A model generated the notes under the pieces. The model was not told the DNA's origin, searched no databases, and was given only the letters and a program-made list of their open reading frames with translations. Positions 1-11,833 of a DNA stretch of 64,000 bases are shown piece by piece; within the stretch, counting starts at the first letter, position 1; each line of letters opens with the position of its first letter. Both the position numbers and the translations under genes were made by a program. The DNA comes from Toensbergia leucococca (Eukaryota). Location: assembly GCA_022813965.1 (NCBI GenBank), contig JALDZS010000077.1:1-64000 (forward strand), in the 5' to 3' direction.

Positions 1-3000
1 TTGTTTGTCTCTTCACATGACTAAAAGAGGCAAATCTATCAGGTGTAGGTGATATCCTAGGGTCTGTAGCCTGTTTTGCTGCTGTATTAGCTAAAACATT
101 TTCTTTAATGTCTTAATAGCCTGAAATCTAGTGTATGTATATTAGAAATCCTTTCCTTTGTAGCTCTAGCAGGTCCTTATTTATTCTAGCAGTTTGATCA
201 GCTCTTAGTTTAGATATAAAATTTATAGTTCTCTGTATAGCAGCCTGACTATCTGTAAAAATCTATTAATGTTTGTTTCTTTATAAGAAAGGTTTCCTTT
301 GTATATATTTTATAGCTTGTGAAATAGCATATAACTCTTTATCAAAGACTTTTATTAGGGTTCCTAGCTATTAAAAATTCTTTTCTATATTAGATCTTTT
401 AGAGATAATATTAGAAGCTTTTATGTGTGACTCTCTTTAAGATGCATCTGTGTAAATTCTAGTAACATCTAAGGGCAAAGTAGATATAAATTTAATGTAA
501 TCATTTGCTGTTTGCTTCTTGTTCTTTGATGAGATCAATAAGTTTATATTCTATACTAAAGTTTATGATTTAATAGGTTCAGATAATCTCTTTAACTTAA
601 TCTCTGTTGACAGAAGCTTTAAAACACTATTAAGTATTTTAATAAGTTGTGTAGAGTATTTCCTTAGGTTATTCTTCTTGACTTAATTTTATTTAAGAAA
701 TCTAGAGTCTAAAGATTCTGTTTTTGTTTAATATTTAGAAGGGTAGGTAATAAGAGTCTTATTTCTTAAAATGTAGTCTTCTGACATGGTGGTTATTCTC
801 AGAGCATAACTCTTTATCTTGTGTCTTATTCTGATCTCAGAGTAGAATATTGACTTCTATTTTTATGGCAGCAACAGGTGAAGTTCTAAAGCATTCTAGA
901 ATTTTTCTTAATGCAGAACTTTAAATTTTCTGCAGCTAAGCCAGGTATTCTTTTTGTCCTTTGTATTATACTTCAGCACCATAGTCAGATATAGAAGTAA
1001 TGCAAGCTAGATATGTTTGTCTTCTAGCATTGACAGATAGTTCCCTTTGAGAATTTAGAAGTCTATTAATCAGGTGTAGAGTCCTTATAGCAGCAGCTGT
1101 CTTTTTTTGTATATGAGTCTTAAAGTTCAGCTTTTTATCTAATCAAACTTCTAGTTATCTAACAGTCTTAGCAGATAATATAATAGTCTCATTTGACAAG
1201 GTAATAGTCTTTAGAGCAGGTCTCCTTTGCCTCTAAAAATGTATTAATCCTGACTTGTTATCATTAAATTTAACAGCATTCTCATCTGCTTATTGAAATG
1301 CTGTTTGCACAGCTTTCTCTAGCATTAAGCAATTGTTAGCAGCAGTGTCTCTTTAAACAGTAAGGGCCACATTATTAATAAAGCTTGAAGAATTAATCCT
1401 AGAGTTAAACTGTACTTGTATCTGTGAGAATAAATTTCTGATATAAATCAAGAAAAGTATAGAGGAGATAGGTAATCCTTAAGGTATTCCTGTGACTATA
1501 TCCTTTGACAGTTGCTTTTTCCTATTAAAAGCAAGACTAGTAGTTCTATTTTGCAAGAAACAATTGACTCAGGTTAATATAGGTTCAGGTAAATGTAATT
1601 CTCTTAGGATTTTTAGAAGTTGATTTGGAGTTATATAATTAAAAGCTCCTTTGACATCTAATAGCAGGCAAGAAAAGATTTTGTTGTTATTTATTATTTC
1701 TTCAGCATCATAAATAAGTGCTAGAACAGCATCAATAGCAGATCTTTTCTTTCTCCCTCCCATCTGTTTTTTATATTACAGGTTTATTTTCTCTCCTAGG
1801 TGGGACAGTCTTGTAGCTATAATTTTCTCAGCTACCTTGCCTAAGCAATTTAACAGAGTAATTATCTTATAGGCCTTGAGTAGAGAGTAGTCAGGTTTGT
1901 AAGGCTTTTTGAGAATAACTTCTGTTCTTTGTCTTCAGCATTTGAGGTGATATCCTTCAGCTATTAAGGTCTAATATATCATGTAAAAAAACTCAGGAAT
2001 AATCTGATAGGCCTTTTAAATAATTAGGATAGAGATTCTATCAGAATCAGGTGCTTTTCTAGCAGAAAAAGTGTTTATAGCTTGCTTGACTTCTTTCTTA
2101 GTCATCTCAGACCAGGGAGTATTGTCGTTGTTTTCTGTAGTCTCAGATAAACTAACAGTAGGAGGTGATAGAAACATAGCTTTAATAAAGGCCTCACACT
2201 TGTTATTAAATGAGATAGCTTTCTCTTGATTTTTCATAGTAATAGGTGGGAGCTTTTTAACTTTCCTTGATTTTGTAAACTTGTAGGTTAAAAAAACATC
2301 TTTATCAGCAGCCTCTGCAAGGAAAGAAGTTCAGGATTTGTCCTTTGCAGTTCTAATAGCCTGATAGTATGTGTTTCTTAAGGTAGTAAAACGCTACCAT
2401 TGAGTAACAGTCTTATATTGTTTCTATTGACGTTTTTCTCTGATCATTTCTTTTCTCAAATTGATAAGATTTTCAGTCCATCAGACCTTAGAGTGAGAAA
2501 AAGGCTTTCTTCTAGGTATAGAGGTATTTGTTGAGTCAAGAATAATATATTTAAGTTAACAGGCAGCTAATTTCATGATATATGTTGTCCTATAAGATAA
2601 TAGAGCTTCTATCTCTCCTTTTTTATTACTAGAATTTAATAAAAGTTATTCTTTAAAGGACTCTCAATTAGCCTTTTTAATGTTAAAGAGACCCTCAAAG
2701 GGGCTATCAATAAGTTCTATATTGTCTGTGCAGAGAGAGAACTATATAATCTTATGATCTAATTCTGTAAGTAAATTCTTATTGATTTGCTAGTCTATAA
2801 TAGAACTGTAGAGAGATAAAGTTGCAAAAGTCAGATCTATAACAGAAGAAGTTTGTTCTAAAAACTGAGTATAAGTGTCTATATCAGAGAAGTTAATTAG
2901 TTTACAATTATATTTAACAAGTCAGATAGTAAGAATTCTAGATCTTGTTGTAGTGCAGGTAGAATTTCACCAAGGGTAATGAGCATTAAAGTCTCCTAGC

Positions 3001-3420
3001 ACTAAAAATCTCTTAGAAAGTTGAATATATTATAGAGATCTCTCTATAGTCTATAGTGTACCTTCAGGATTCTGATATTTCTTATTATAAATATTTAATA
3101 TAAGAGTTTCTCTCAGGCCTGAAGAAGAGATAGAAAGGACTTGTATATCAGAAGTCATAGTAATATTAGGTCTTGGTGTGCATATAAGGTTTGTTTTTGA
3201 GGTGTCCTTAGTAATAAAAGTAAGAACTCTTGGCCTGTATAAGGTATTTGTAGGTATAATAGCTGTAAAGAATAGGTAAGAGATAGTTGTAGTATAGTCT
3301 TTAAAGACCCATGATTTCTAGAATAAGACAATATCAATGCTCCCTGTAGCTGCATTAAGGCAAGACTGCATAGCATTTGTAAATCTTATACAGTTGTGTT
3401 GTAAAACTTTAATTTTTAGC
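1..3420 (-). pseudogene. LINE ORF2 remnant: endonuclease - reverse transcriptase - RNase H
   Basis: APE: VLQHNC..DIVLF*KSW (~3410-3310), LGDFNAHYPW (~2990). RT: KKPYKPDYSLLKAYKIITLLNCLGK (~1880), LLDVKGAFNYI (~1650), GIP*GLPISPILF (~1480), SFINNVAL (mutated FIDD, ~1375). RNase H: RIYTDAS (~450), IFTDSQAAI (~255). Confidence 0.93.
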
Positions 3421-3429
3421 TTATCTTAA

Positions 3430-5362
3430 GGACAGTGAGGTCTCTCAGCTGATTCCATGGTAGTAGCAAGTATTAATATAATAGACATTACTAATTATAG
3501 CTGAGTTTGTCTTTATTCTTTCTTATAACAGAGGTAGAAATGAGTAGAGTAGCTCTGTACATCTTGCAGGATTGAGAATTTGCCTGATGATCTCTCTAAC
3601 AGTTGCTGCATTTTATCTGTGTGTGAGAGCAAGGCATAGGTTTTCCTTTGCATTCAAGAACAAGACATTGATAATCTCTGGTATTATGTAGTCTAGCACA
3701 TAGTTGACAGATAAAGAGTCTATGACAGGAGTTCTATATATGACCATACTGTTAACATCTAACACACTAATCTAATAGCTTGTTAACAAGATATTCTGCT
3801 GTTCTAATTGAGATTCCTGCTATCACAAGTCTTTTTCTCAGGGTCCGAGTCACCTCTTCCTTGGTTTTTAGAGCTAGAATAAATGAGGAGTGTCTCTTTT
3901 CCTGTCTTACCTGAGGTTGAAAAAGCTATTGAGGTAGAGTAACAAGCTTTAATCTTTGATTAAATAACTCTAGATTATCTTTGAGAAGTTGCATGCCACC
4001 CTCAGTATTGAAAGACTCTGTAAGAACTTTATATGCTATTAATTTGTACCATTTTTCAATTTTTTTGGCCCGTTGACCTCTTAGTTCTGGCTCCCAGATG
4101 GCTCTATGCTTTAGTAAATTATCTGCAGTGCATGTATAAGCTGTGGTGAGGACAATGTGATCTCCCTTCTGTGATAGAACAGCTACAAATACCATAATAC
4201 TACTGATTTTTGCTGCTTTTAGGGCATTGTTGACTTTGTCTCTGATCTGCATGAGGTTGTAGTTGTTTGCTGAGCTATTGAATTAAATAAAAACACGTCT
4301 ATCTTGCTATGTAATAGGTAGTAGAGCCTTAGGTTCTATAGCAATAGTATTTGAACCTGTGACAGGGCCTGACTTCTTTTCTCTTGCAACAACATTCTAT
4401 GCTTTCTCCTTCTTCTAAGGCTTTTGTGCTTAATCTGACCAGGCAGAAGACTTGCTATGGCCTTGATTGAAGGTAGATAAAATTGCTAAGAGTAGATGAG
4501 TTGATACTAAAGAGTTGTTAACAAAAGAAACCTGACTAGAAGGGACATTTTGAGAGTTTAAGGCTGGTCCTTGACCTAGCAGGCTTAGGATTTTGTCAAA
4601 CTTATTCTTTACCTCTTTTTTAAAAGCAGCTAGTTCTGTCTGTGTAGTCTCTTAAGGTTAAGCTTAAGGTTGAGGTTCAGTTTGAGGTAAATTGACTGTA
4701 AAGGAGATAACTATCTTTTTTCCTTGAAATCTATGTCTAGCCTATAGTTTATTTGCTTTGCTAAGGGAAGGTAAAGAGATCTTTTGTTGTACAATATCTA
4801 TAGAAAGTATTGCATCTGCTATGTCCTTATGCTTATGATCTAATAGCTTGAGGTAGGCCTGATGTAAAGACTCTCTAGCATCTGTCAGATTTTTGTCCAG
4901 AAAATTAACAGATTAATGAGTAGGTAAACCAGGTAGACTCTCTGCAGGTCTTCTTTTCTTTATCATTCTAGTCTGCTTGCTCTTAAAAGGTTCTTGTGTA
5001 GCTTCTGTGTTAATAGAAGGGACTTTGTTAAATTGAAACCCAGGTGAGTTATTTAGTACCAAGGTTTTGACATTTGTTTATAGACTTAGTAGAGGTTCAT
5101 TGATAATAGGAGTATTCTGACTTGTGACAATAGCTGCTGCTGCTGCTGTATGAAGTTGGTCTGCAAGTTTTGCTGTTTGGAGAAGAATTTTGCGTAATGC
5201 TTTTGGTGTAGAAGTAGGAGTTTCAAAGACATCATGCATCTCTGTATTGTCTTCTGATGATAATATTGATCTGATAGATATAGAGGTAATAGAGGAGGTA
5301 ATAGAGTAAGGGAGATCTGGTCCTGGTCCTGATTCAGGTGTTAGTTCAGTATCTTGAGGCAT
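3430..5362 (-). pseudogene. LINE ORF1 (gag-like) remnant
   Basis: ORF fragments 5078-5362 and 3926-4252. Cys/His knuckles CVRC*QYGHI*NSC...CQLCARLHNTRDYQC...CSNC*RDHQANSQSC at ~3570-3770. Confidence 0.88.
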
Positions 5363-6039
5363 GCTAGCAGTATTTACTTAATTCAAGCTGAAAACCTCTA
5401 TGAATTAAATGTTTCTGAGGTTCTAGATGTTCTATTTAAGTCTACAACTACAGTATATATTTCTGTTTACCTAAGACAAAGCGTTTTCTTAATAACTTTA
5501 TCCTAGGCTTTTTATCAGTAGAATCAAGTGATGACAATAAATGTCTCCTTAGCTGTCTACTCACCCTTTACCTCTAAGTCTTCAAGACTTACCTCTAATA
5601 AGTCTTTTAGACTGAGGGCTTAATTAATTCTGCTGACACTTGGCTGAGAGAGAACAGTAATAGAAAATCCTGGTCCTGGTCTTCTGAAAAGAAAATGCTA
5701 CGCAAAAGATTGAGATAACTCTAGCCTAGGGCTTATTTCTGGTCCACAAGCAACCAATTATAATGAGATACAATAATAGTACACTTGATATAATAAAGCA
5801 GGTAGACAAAGGAGAGTTAGTAGTTAGTGGTTGTTATTTTAAAGTGAGATGATTTGATATATAGTAGAGTAAGGATCTAGGCTGATGGTTTTGTGCCTGT
5901 GAATTGATTTACTCAGAGGGTTCAATTATCACTGCTTAATAGGAAGATAATAGGCTCTATCAAGTCTATAGTTGTATAGAAGGGTGGTTATTGTGTTGTT
6001 GTATAATAAGGGTGGTTTTATTTATTGAGAGAAATAAAA

Positions 6040-6975
6040 TTCAGGGCTAGTACTTGAGTATTTGTTGATCAATTTTCCTAAATCTTCTATATTAGAGAGT
6101 TCTTTATTGAACTGAGAAGCAAGCCAGAGAGATAAGTCTCAGCTGTTGTGGTTGTTGTATTGTTGTCTACTAAAGGTAGTTGTGTTGTTGAAGAGAGTAA
6201 GACTTAGGGCTAGTACTTGGGTATTTGTTGACTAATTTTCCTGAATCTTTCATATCAGAGAGTTCTTTATTGAACTGAAGAGCAAGTCAAAAGGATAAGT
6301 CTTAGCTGTTATGGTTATCTAGCTTGAAGGGTATAAGTTAATTTGGTAGAGGTAAAACTCACATTTTAGATAGACAGAGGGCTAGCGTTTGAGTATTTCT
6401 TAACTGTTTTTTCTGAATCTTTTATATCGGCAAGTTCTCTATTAGACTGACAGGCGGGCCAGACAGACAAGCGTCAACTGTTGTAGTTGTCTAGCTCAAA
6501 GGGTATAAGTAGATCTGGTGGAGCAAAGGGTCAGCGTAGTCAGATTTTCACCTGGTGGCAACGTTTCTGGCAATAACTCTGTTGTTCCTTGACAGATTTT
6601 CAAAATTCTTAAATATTCAGAAAGAACTCGTTGAGGCGCACAATTTGGCTACTTTTAAAAATTGTCAAAGACGTTGTTACACTAAGGAATGTGGTTGCAA
6701 TTGATTTTTGGTAAATAGGGTAACATTGAGAATGGGTCTAGGTAGTGTGTCTTGGCAAGGAACTTCAAAACTTAGAGTTTTAGTAGATGAGATGACGTTG
6801 GAGATAAGTTCTGACTAGTGGTTGCTAGTAGGCTTGACAAGAAACGTCAAAATTTGCAATTTTTAAACCTATGGCAATAGGTTTTGATTAATAACTTCTG
6901 CACCTCTTAACAGATTTTTAAAATTCTTAAAAATTCAGAAAGAGCTTGTCAATGCACACAGTTCTGCTGCTTCTA
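6040..6975. repeat. Dispersed direct repeats: three ~110-bp copies (~6041-6152, ~6203-6318, ~6376-6492) and two ~90-bp copies (~6570-6656, ~6890-6975)
   Basis: Shared cores 'gggctagtacttgagtatttgttga...agagttctttattgaactga...gataagtctcagctgttg' and 'acagattttyaaaattcttaaa.attcagaaaga'. Confidence 0.8.
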
Positions 6976-6982
6976 ATTAAAT

Positions 6983-7903
6983 TTTGCGCGTTAGGTACTT
7001 AAGTCATAATAACTGCAAAATTCTGGGAGTCATAATCTTTAGGGGTTTGTAATGTATTCAGGGTCCAGTCGCTGCAAAAGGTAAATAATACACAAATTGC
7101 GTGTTTTTTAATATAAAACAACGAGCAGACAAGATAGGGTGCTACAAATTGGAAATGGGTGTAGCACTACCAATACTGATAGAATCTTGATTGTTTCTGC
7201 TAATACTGACTGCTTTGACATAGGTGGCTCAGGCTAGTAACTTGATAGAACTTTTTTGGCTGGCCAATGAGTGAGTACTGTAGGTTGTAAAAAATTGACT
7301 TTTTGGGCCCTTCTGCTGTACTACCACCACAGCTATGATGGGATATTAATAGATAAGGTTCTGATCAGAATGATGAGGGCTTTTAGACACTGAAGAACTT
7401 GAGTTATACATGTGGTTTTTCAATTTTAATGTTGATTGATTCACACTTTTTTAGTTTATAGATTTTGGCACATTAAGTACTTGAGTGATAATAACTGCAA
7501 AGGTCTAAGGGTTGTAATCTTTGAGAGCTTATAATGTATTCAGGGTTCAGTCACTGCAAAAGGTGAATAATACACAAACTGCATGTTTTTTAGTACAAAA
7601 CAATAAACAGATATAATAAGGTGCAAGGAATTGAGAATAGGTGTAGCACTACTAATACTAATGAGATCTTAATTGTTTCTGCTGATATTAACTGCAGTAA
7701 GGTAGGTGACTCAGGCTAGTAACTTGATAGAACTTAATAAGTGAGTCCTATAGAATATAAAAAATCAACTTTTTGGGCCCTTCTGCTGCATTACTACCAC
7801 AGCTGTGATAAGGTATTAATAGGTAAGGTTCTGATCAGAATAATAAGAGCTTTTAGATGCTGAAGAGCTTGAGTTATATAGGTGATTTTTTAATTTTAAT
7901 GTT
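6983..7903. repeat. Tandem duplication of a ~450-480-bp unit (6983-7434 and 7463-7903)
   Basis: Colinear matches such as 'aatgtattcagggtycagtcrctgcaaaaggtraataatacacaaa', 'ctttttgggcccttctgctg', 'aaggttctgatcagaat'. Confidence 0.9.
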
Positions 7904-7909
7904 AGTCTT

Positions 7910-8878
7910 TTTTAAAATAGATACAAAAGAAACCCTTCTTACAAAGAAACAAACATTAATAGATTTTTACAGACAGTCAAGCTACTATACAGAAAATAAT
8001 ATGTTTTTTTTCTTAATTAGAAGCTGATTAAATTGCTAGAATAAATAAGAACCTGCTAGAGCTACAAAAGAAATAATTTTAGATACATATACACTAGATT
8101 TTAGGTTATCAAGACATTGAAGAAAATATTCTAGCAGATACAGCTGCAAAACACACTACAGACTCTAAAATATTATCTACATCTGATAGATTTGCTTCTT
8201 TTAGTTATATAAAAAGACAAATAAAGGTTGCTACTATATTAGAATAAAAACACTAAATCAAAGTTAAGCAAGAAACATCTTACAAGCTGTTAAATCAGAA
8301 ATCACCTCAGAAAATAACCTTAGAGTTAAAAAAAGTTAATAGACTTACTTTCTCTACCTACATGCAACTAAAAATAAGACATAAGTATTTTAAATCCTAC
8401 TTATGTTATCTATTAGCATATGATACTAGACGCTGTCATAAAACCTGTATAAAAGTACAATTACCTGATTATATCTTGATGCACTGCAGACATTTTAGAG
8501 TTAAACGATAAACTTTAATAGAGAAAATATTAGTAAATCTAAAAACACTTCTTACTATTAAAGAAGAAATAAAGCATACCTTTCTTTACTTAAGAACTAT
8601 CTGAATTGTCAATTAAAGATAAATACTCAAAGACCTTAATAAGCATTATGTGAGATAAAAGAGATGAGAAGATATTGAGAGAGAATAAGAGTATTAAAAG
8701 AGAGAGAGAGACTTGAAATATTAGTTAAAAATTGTATTATTGCTACATCAACAACTATAGACTAATCAGCAGAAAGTATATCAGATAATACAAGGTTTTT
8801 TATACTTGTATATATATAGACTTAGTTAGTATCATAGCCTCAAAGCTGCATGCACTTAATAAAGAAATAAAATAAAAA
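7910..8878 (+). mobile_element. 5'-truncated copy of the same LINE family (RNase H end, C-terminal CCHC, 3' UTR, AATAA-rich tail)
   Basis: 7920-8222 aligns with the reverse complement of 1-305. Motifs IFTDSQATIQ, QLKIRHKYFKSYL, CHKTCIKVQLPDYILMHCRHF. Ends 'aataaagaaataaaataaaaa'. Confidence 0.9.
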
Positions 8879-9225
8879 TCTTAAGAAGCATGATAATGTC
8901 AGTAATTAAGGTTTTACTATTTAATAGTTTAGTGATTTGATTAAGTGTAGATTTATTTTATTAGCAGTAACTTTATTGAGTTGTGATTATCACTAACTTT
9001 AAAGACCTTATAGTAATGAAGGTAAAAGAGTCTGTAGTGATAAGAGCAGAGTCTTAAAATTTATCATAGCTTTAAAGTTTATTATAATCTTAGAGTTTAA
9101 ATAATCTGAGCTGTATGAGCCAGAAATGTAGAGTTTTGAATTATTTTAAATTTCTTATTAATAACACTTCTAACTACAAAGGTACTTGACTTTCTACTTC
9201 TAAACAAACTTTAAAGCATTACTGA

Positions 9226-9524
9226 AAAAAGATGCAATTGGTCTGTAGGTGCAATAATATAATCAAGAATTGTAGTCAACAATAATATAATTGAGAATTG
9301 TAGTCAACTTATAAGATCTTTCTATCTATCAACTAAAGGTCTTATCCTTAAAAAACATGAGGTAGAAAGATAATAGATTTCTGAGCTAAAAACTGACTAC
9401 TTAACTAGCTATCATTACATAATCTAGCGTACATGTGCAAGTCCAAATTTCTAAATTCTGAGCACATGCCTCCAAGGCCCTTAGTCTTTTAATTCCTCAA
9501 TTTTCTGATCCTTACTCTGGTACA
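9226..9524 (-). repeat. 3' LTR of the Gypsy element
   Basis: Direct repeat of 22451-22720; carries an extra 28-bp tandem copy (9253-9308). Confidence 0.9.
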
Positions 9525-9849
9525 TCTCTACCTCAAGTGTTTATGACTCACTATAAATCATTTTATGTAAATGTTTGTGATTTATGATAAATGAGAGAAT
9601 GCGGTAGGATAGTGCAAATCATCAGCTAAGGATAAAACATAAAGTAGCATAGAATGTATATATAGTATTAAATCTGGCATTGAATGCAAGTATTAGAAAG
9701 AAAACTCATGTATTAATAGTCAAAGAGAAGCAGAATTGAATAATGGTGAGAGTGAAATAATTAAAATTTATGCTTTGTGAGTAGGTTATAAAGTCTAAGA
9801 GAGCAATCATAGTATTTATAGTGTAGTAGACCACCAACATTGATATATT

Positions 9850-11760
9850 AGTGTAGGATGTATCTGACTTGTGATTGTAGCTACTTTATCTTTCTGAATC
9901 TTGACACCTTATTGTTTTTCTTGGCTTCATTAGTGACCTCTTCTTAATAGAGTTAAGCAATGTTTTTGATGAACTTAGAACTCAAATATTGCATTTAAAG
10001 CTATTGTTGTCATGCATCTGATGCTCACATATTTTGGTACAAGGTATGTTAATGGGTTAGGTGTCATAGTATTGTGAAATGTCTTAGCACCTTTCTACGT
10101 AATAAGATTGTAATTGCTTTCATGGTCATGGTTATAATTGCTTTTATGGTCATGGTTGTGTCCTGCCTTTATATTGACTAATAAGCTTTGTTTTACGCTC
10201 AGCTTGGCGGTAATTAGCGCTCATAACTTGTCTCTGCTGTTGTATGTGTCCTCATCAAACAGGATTTTTCTTGAGTCCTTGACCCTTATCTATTTCATGT
10301 ATTTATTTATATTTCCTTTGCCCTCAATAAGATGTGCTAGGACTAGCTCTTTCAGACTTGAAAAGTTCAATAAATTTGCATTCACATTTTCCCTTGCTTT
10401 CTTGATGTGGTTGTATACCTTTCAAAGTTTCTTTATTATTTTCTCAACAATTAATGATTTTGATTCTTTGATAAGGGTTTTGATAGTCAAATCTAGATAT
10501 TGAGCAATATTTATAGATATTAAGTTTATAAAACAAAAAGCTTTGACCAGGGCTCAATATTGGATGGATGCCTTTTTGAGGTTTTTAACCTTCTTTGAAA
10601 TTTTTGACGGTAGGAGATTCAACTCTGGTAAGGCTAGTATGTTAGTGCATTTTAAATGTGTTCTCTCTTTTGCTTCCTTTGTCTCCTTTCCTTCCTTTGT
10701 CCCCTTTCCTTCCTTTGCTTCCTTCTTTAATATTCTTTCTTTTGCTTTCTTCAATAGTGTTGTCAAAGATTGCAGGCTTAATAGCATCTCTGCTGTGCTT
10801 GAGGTCTTTTTTCTCTTTGTTTTTGATTCATCAGTAAGAGAGGCGCTTGTGAGTCACTTTTCATCTTTTTCATACAATGCTATCAGTCCTAGCACCATTT
10901 TATCAGTCTGAAATTGATCTTTTTGTACAGCTGCTTGATCCCCTACTCTCAAAATATCTGTCTCCTTTTACTTTTTTTTTCCAACTTTCTGGAGTTTTTT
11001 GAATGTTCTCTCAATTCCTGCCTATAGTCCTTTATTGCCAAAGAGCTGGTATCTGTTTATCATTATGTATTTTTATACTTTCTTCTTATTATCCCACGTC
11101 TTCACTGCTGTCCTGGCAGGGGCACAGTTCCTCTTTATTATATTATAACTGATAGAATCAGCCTTCTACTTGTCCCCTAGGTTTTCACATAACCCTTCTT
11201 CTTTTTAAGAAACAAGGACTTGAATTCACTTATTTGAAAGCTTTATATAAAGGAGTGAGAAGGTGAGTCTCTTTTCCTTGTCCTTGTTTTCTTACTCAAC
11301 TGATTTGACGTTGTATATTTGCTGCTTTTTATAGGTCACTAAAAGTTCAGAGCTCTTCTTGCTAGCTTTTACAAATTTTTCATTTTTATCTTTTCATAAA
11401 CAATGATATGGCCGTTGAGTGTTAAAATTTTTGACTATGCTCTTAACCTCTTTGTTATAGCCTTTTGAACTATCTGAACTAAAATCTTTGATGATAGCTT
11501 TAGGTTCAAACAAATTCTTTGAAGAGGTATCTTGTAACTTCTTCTTAGATTTAATAGTGAGTCTCATATTCAATAACCTCTCTTTGTACTTATTCTCTGA
11601 TAGTAGAAGGTTAATAGCGCTGAATCCAGAGTGTATCATAGATTGTATAATGATCAAGCTTTCAGCTTGTTCAACAGAAAAAGTCTATAAAGCGGTATAA
11701 GACGTCTAGAGAAGATTGCAGGGTTAAGTTGAAATTTCAGAAGCAGGTAGATTTACTGTG
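9850..11760 (-). pseudogene. Additional degraded ORF downstream of pol inside the Gypsy element (unknown function, K/E-rich)
   Basis: Sense-strand coding fragments 11394-11657 and 10554-10787 (KEAKEGKGTKEGKETKEAKE) joined by readable frame between RIP-type stops. No domain recognised. Confidence 0.55.
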
Positions 11761-11833
11761 AGTGATAAGACAAGCAACAACGTCAGTCTAGAAAATTGAG
11801 GTTCTTAAACTGATGATGCAGAGAAGTAAAAAA

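Larger units (their letters stand above)
1..5450 (-). mobile_element. Non-LTR retrotransposon (LINE, Tad1/I-like with RNase H), RIP-degraded; 3' end lies outside the window
   Basis: Minus-strand domain order is ORF1 (Zn knuckles), APE endonuclease, RT, RNase H. The 5' boundary is approximate. Confidence 0.93.

Noticed and set aside
5428..5639. Solo LTR next to the LINE 5' end
   Set aside because: TG..CA ends are possible but the flanks do not form a TSD and no partner is seen.
10138..10911. Hydrophobic plus-strand ORFs as membrane/env proteins
   Set aside because: Antisense shadows of an A-rich (Lys/Glu) minus-strand frame; the F/L/S bias is compositional.
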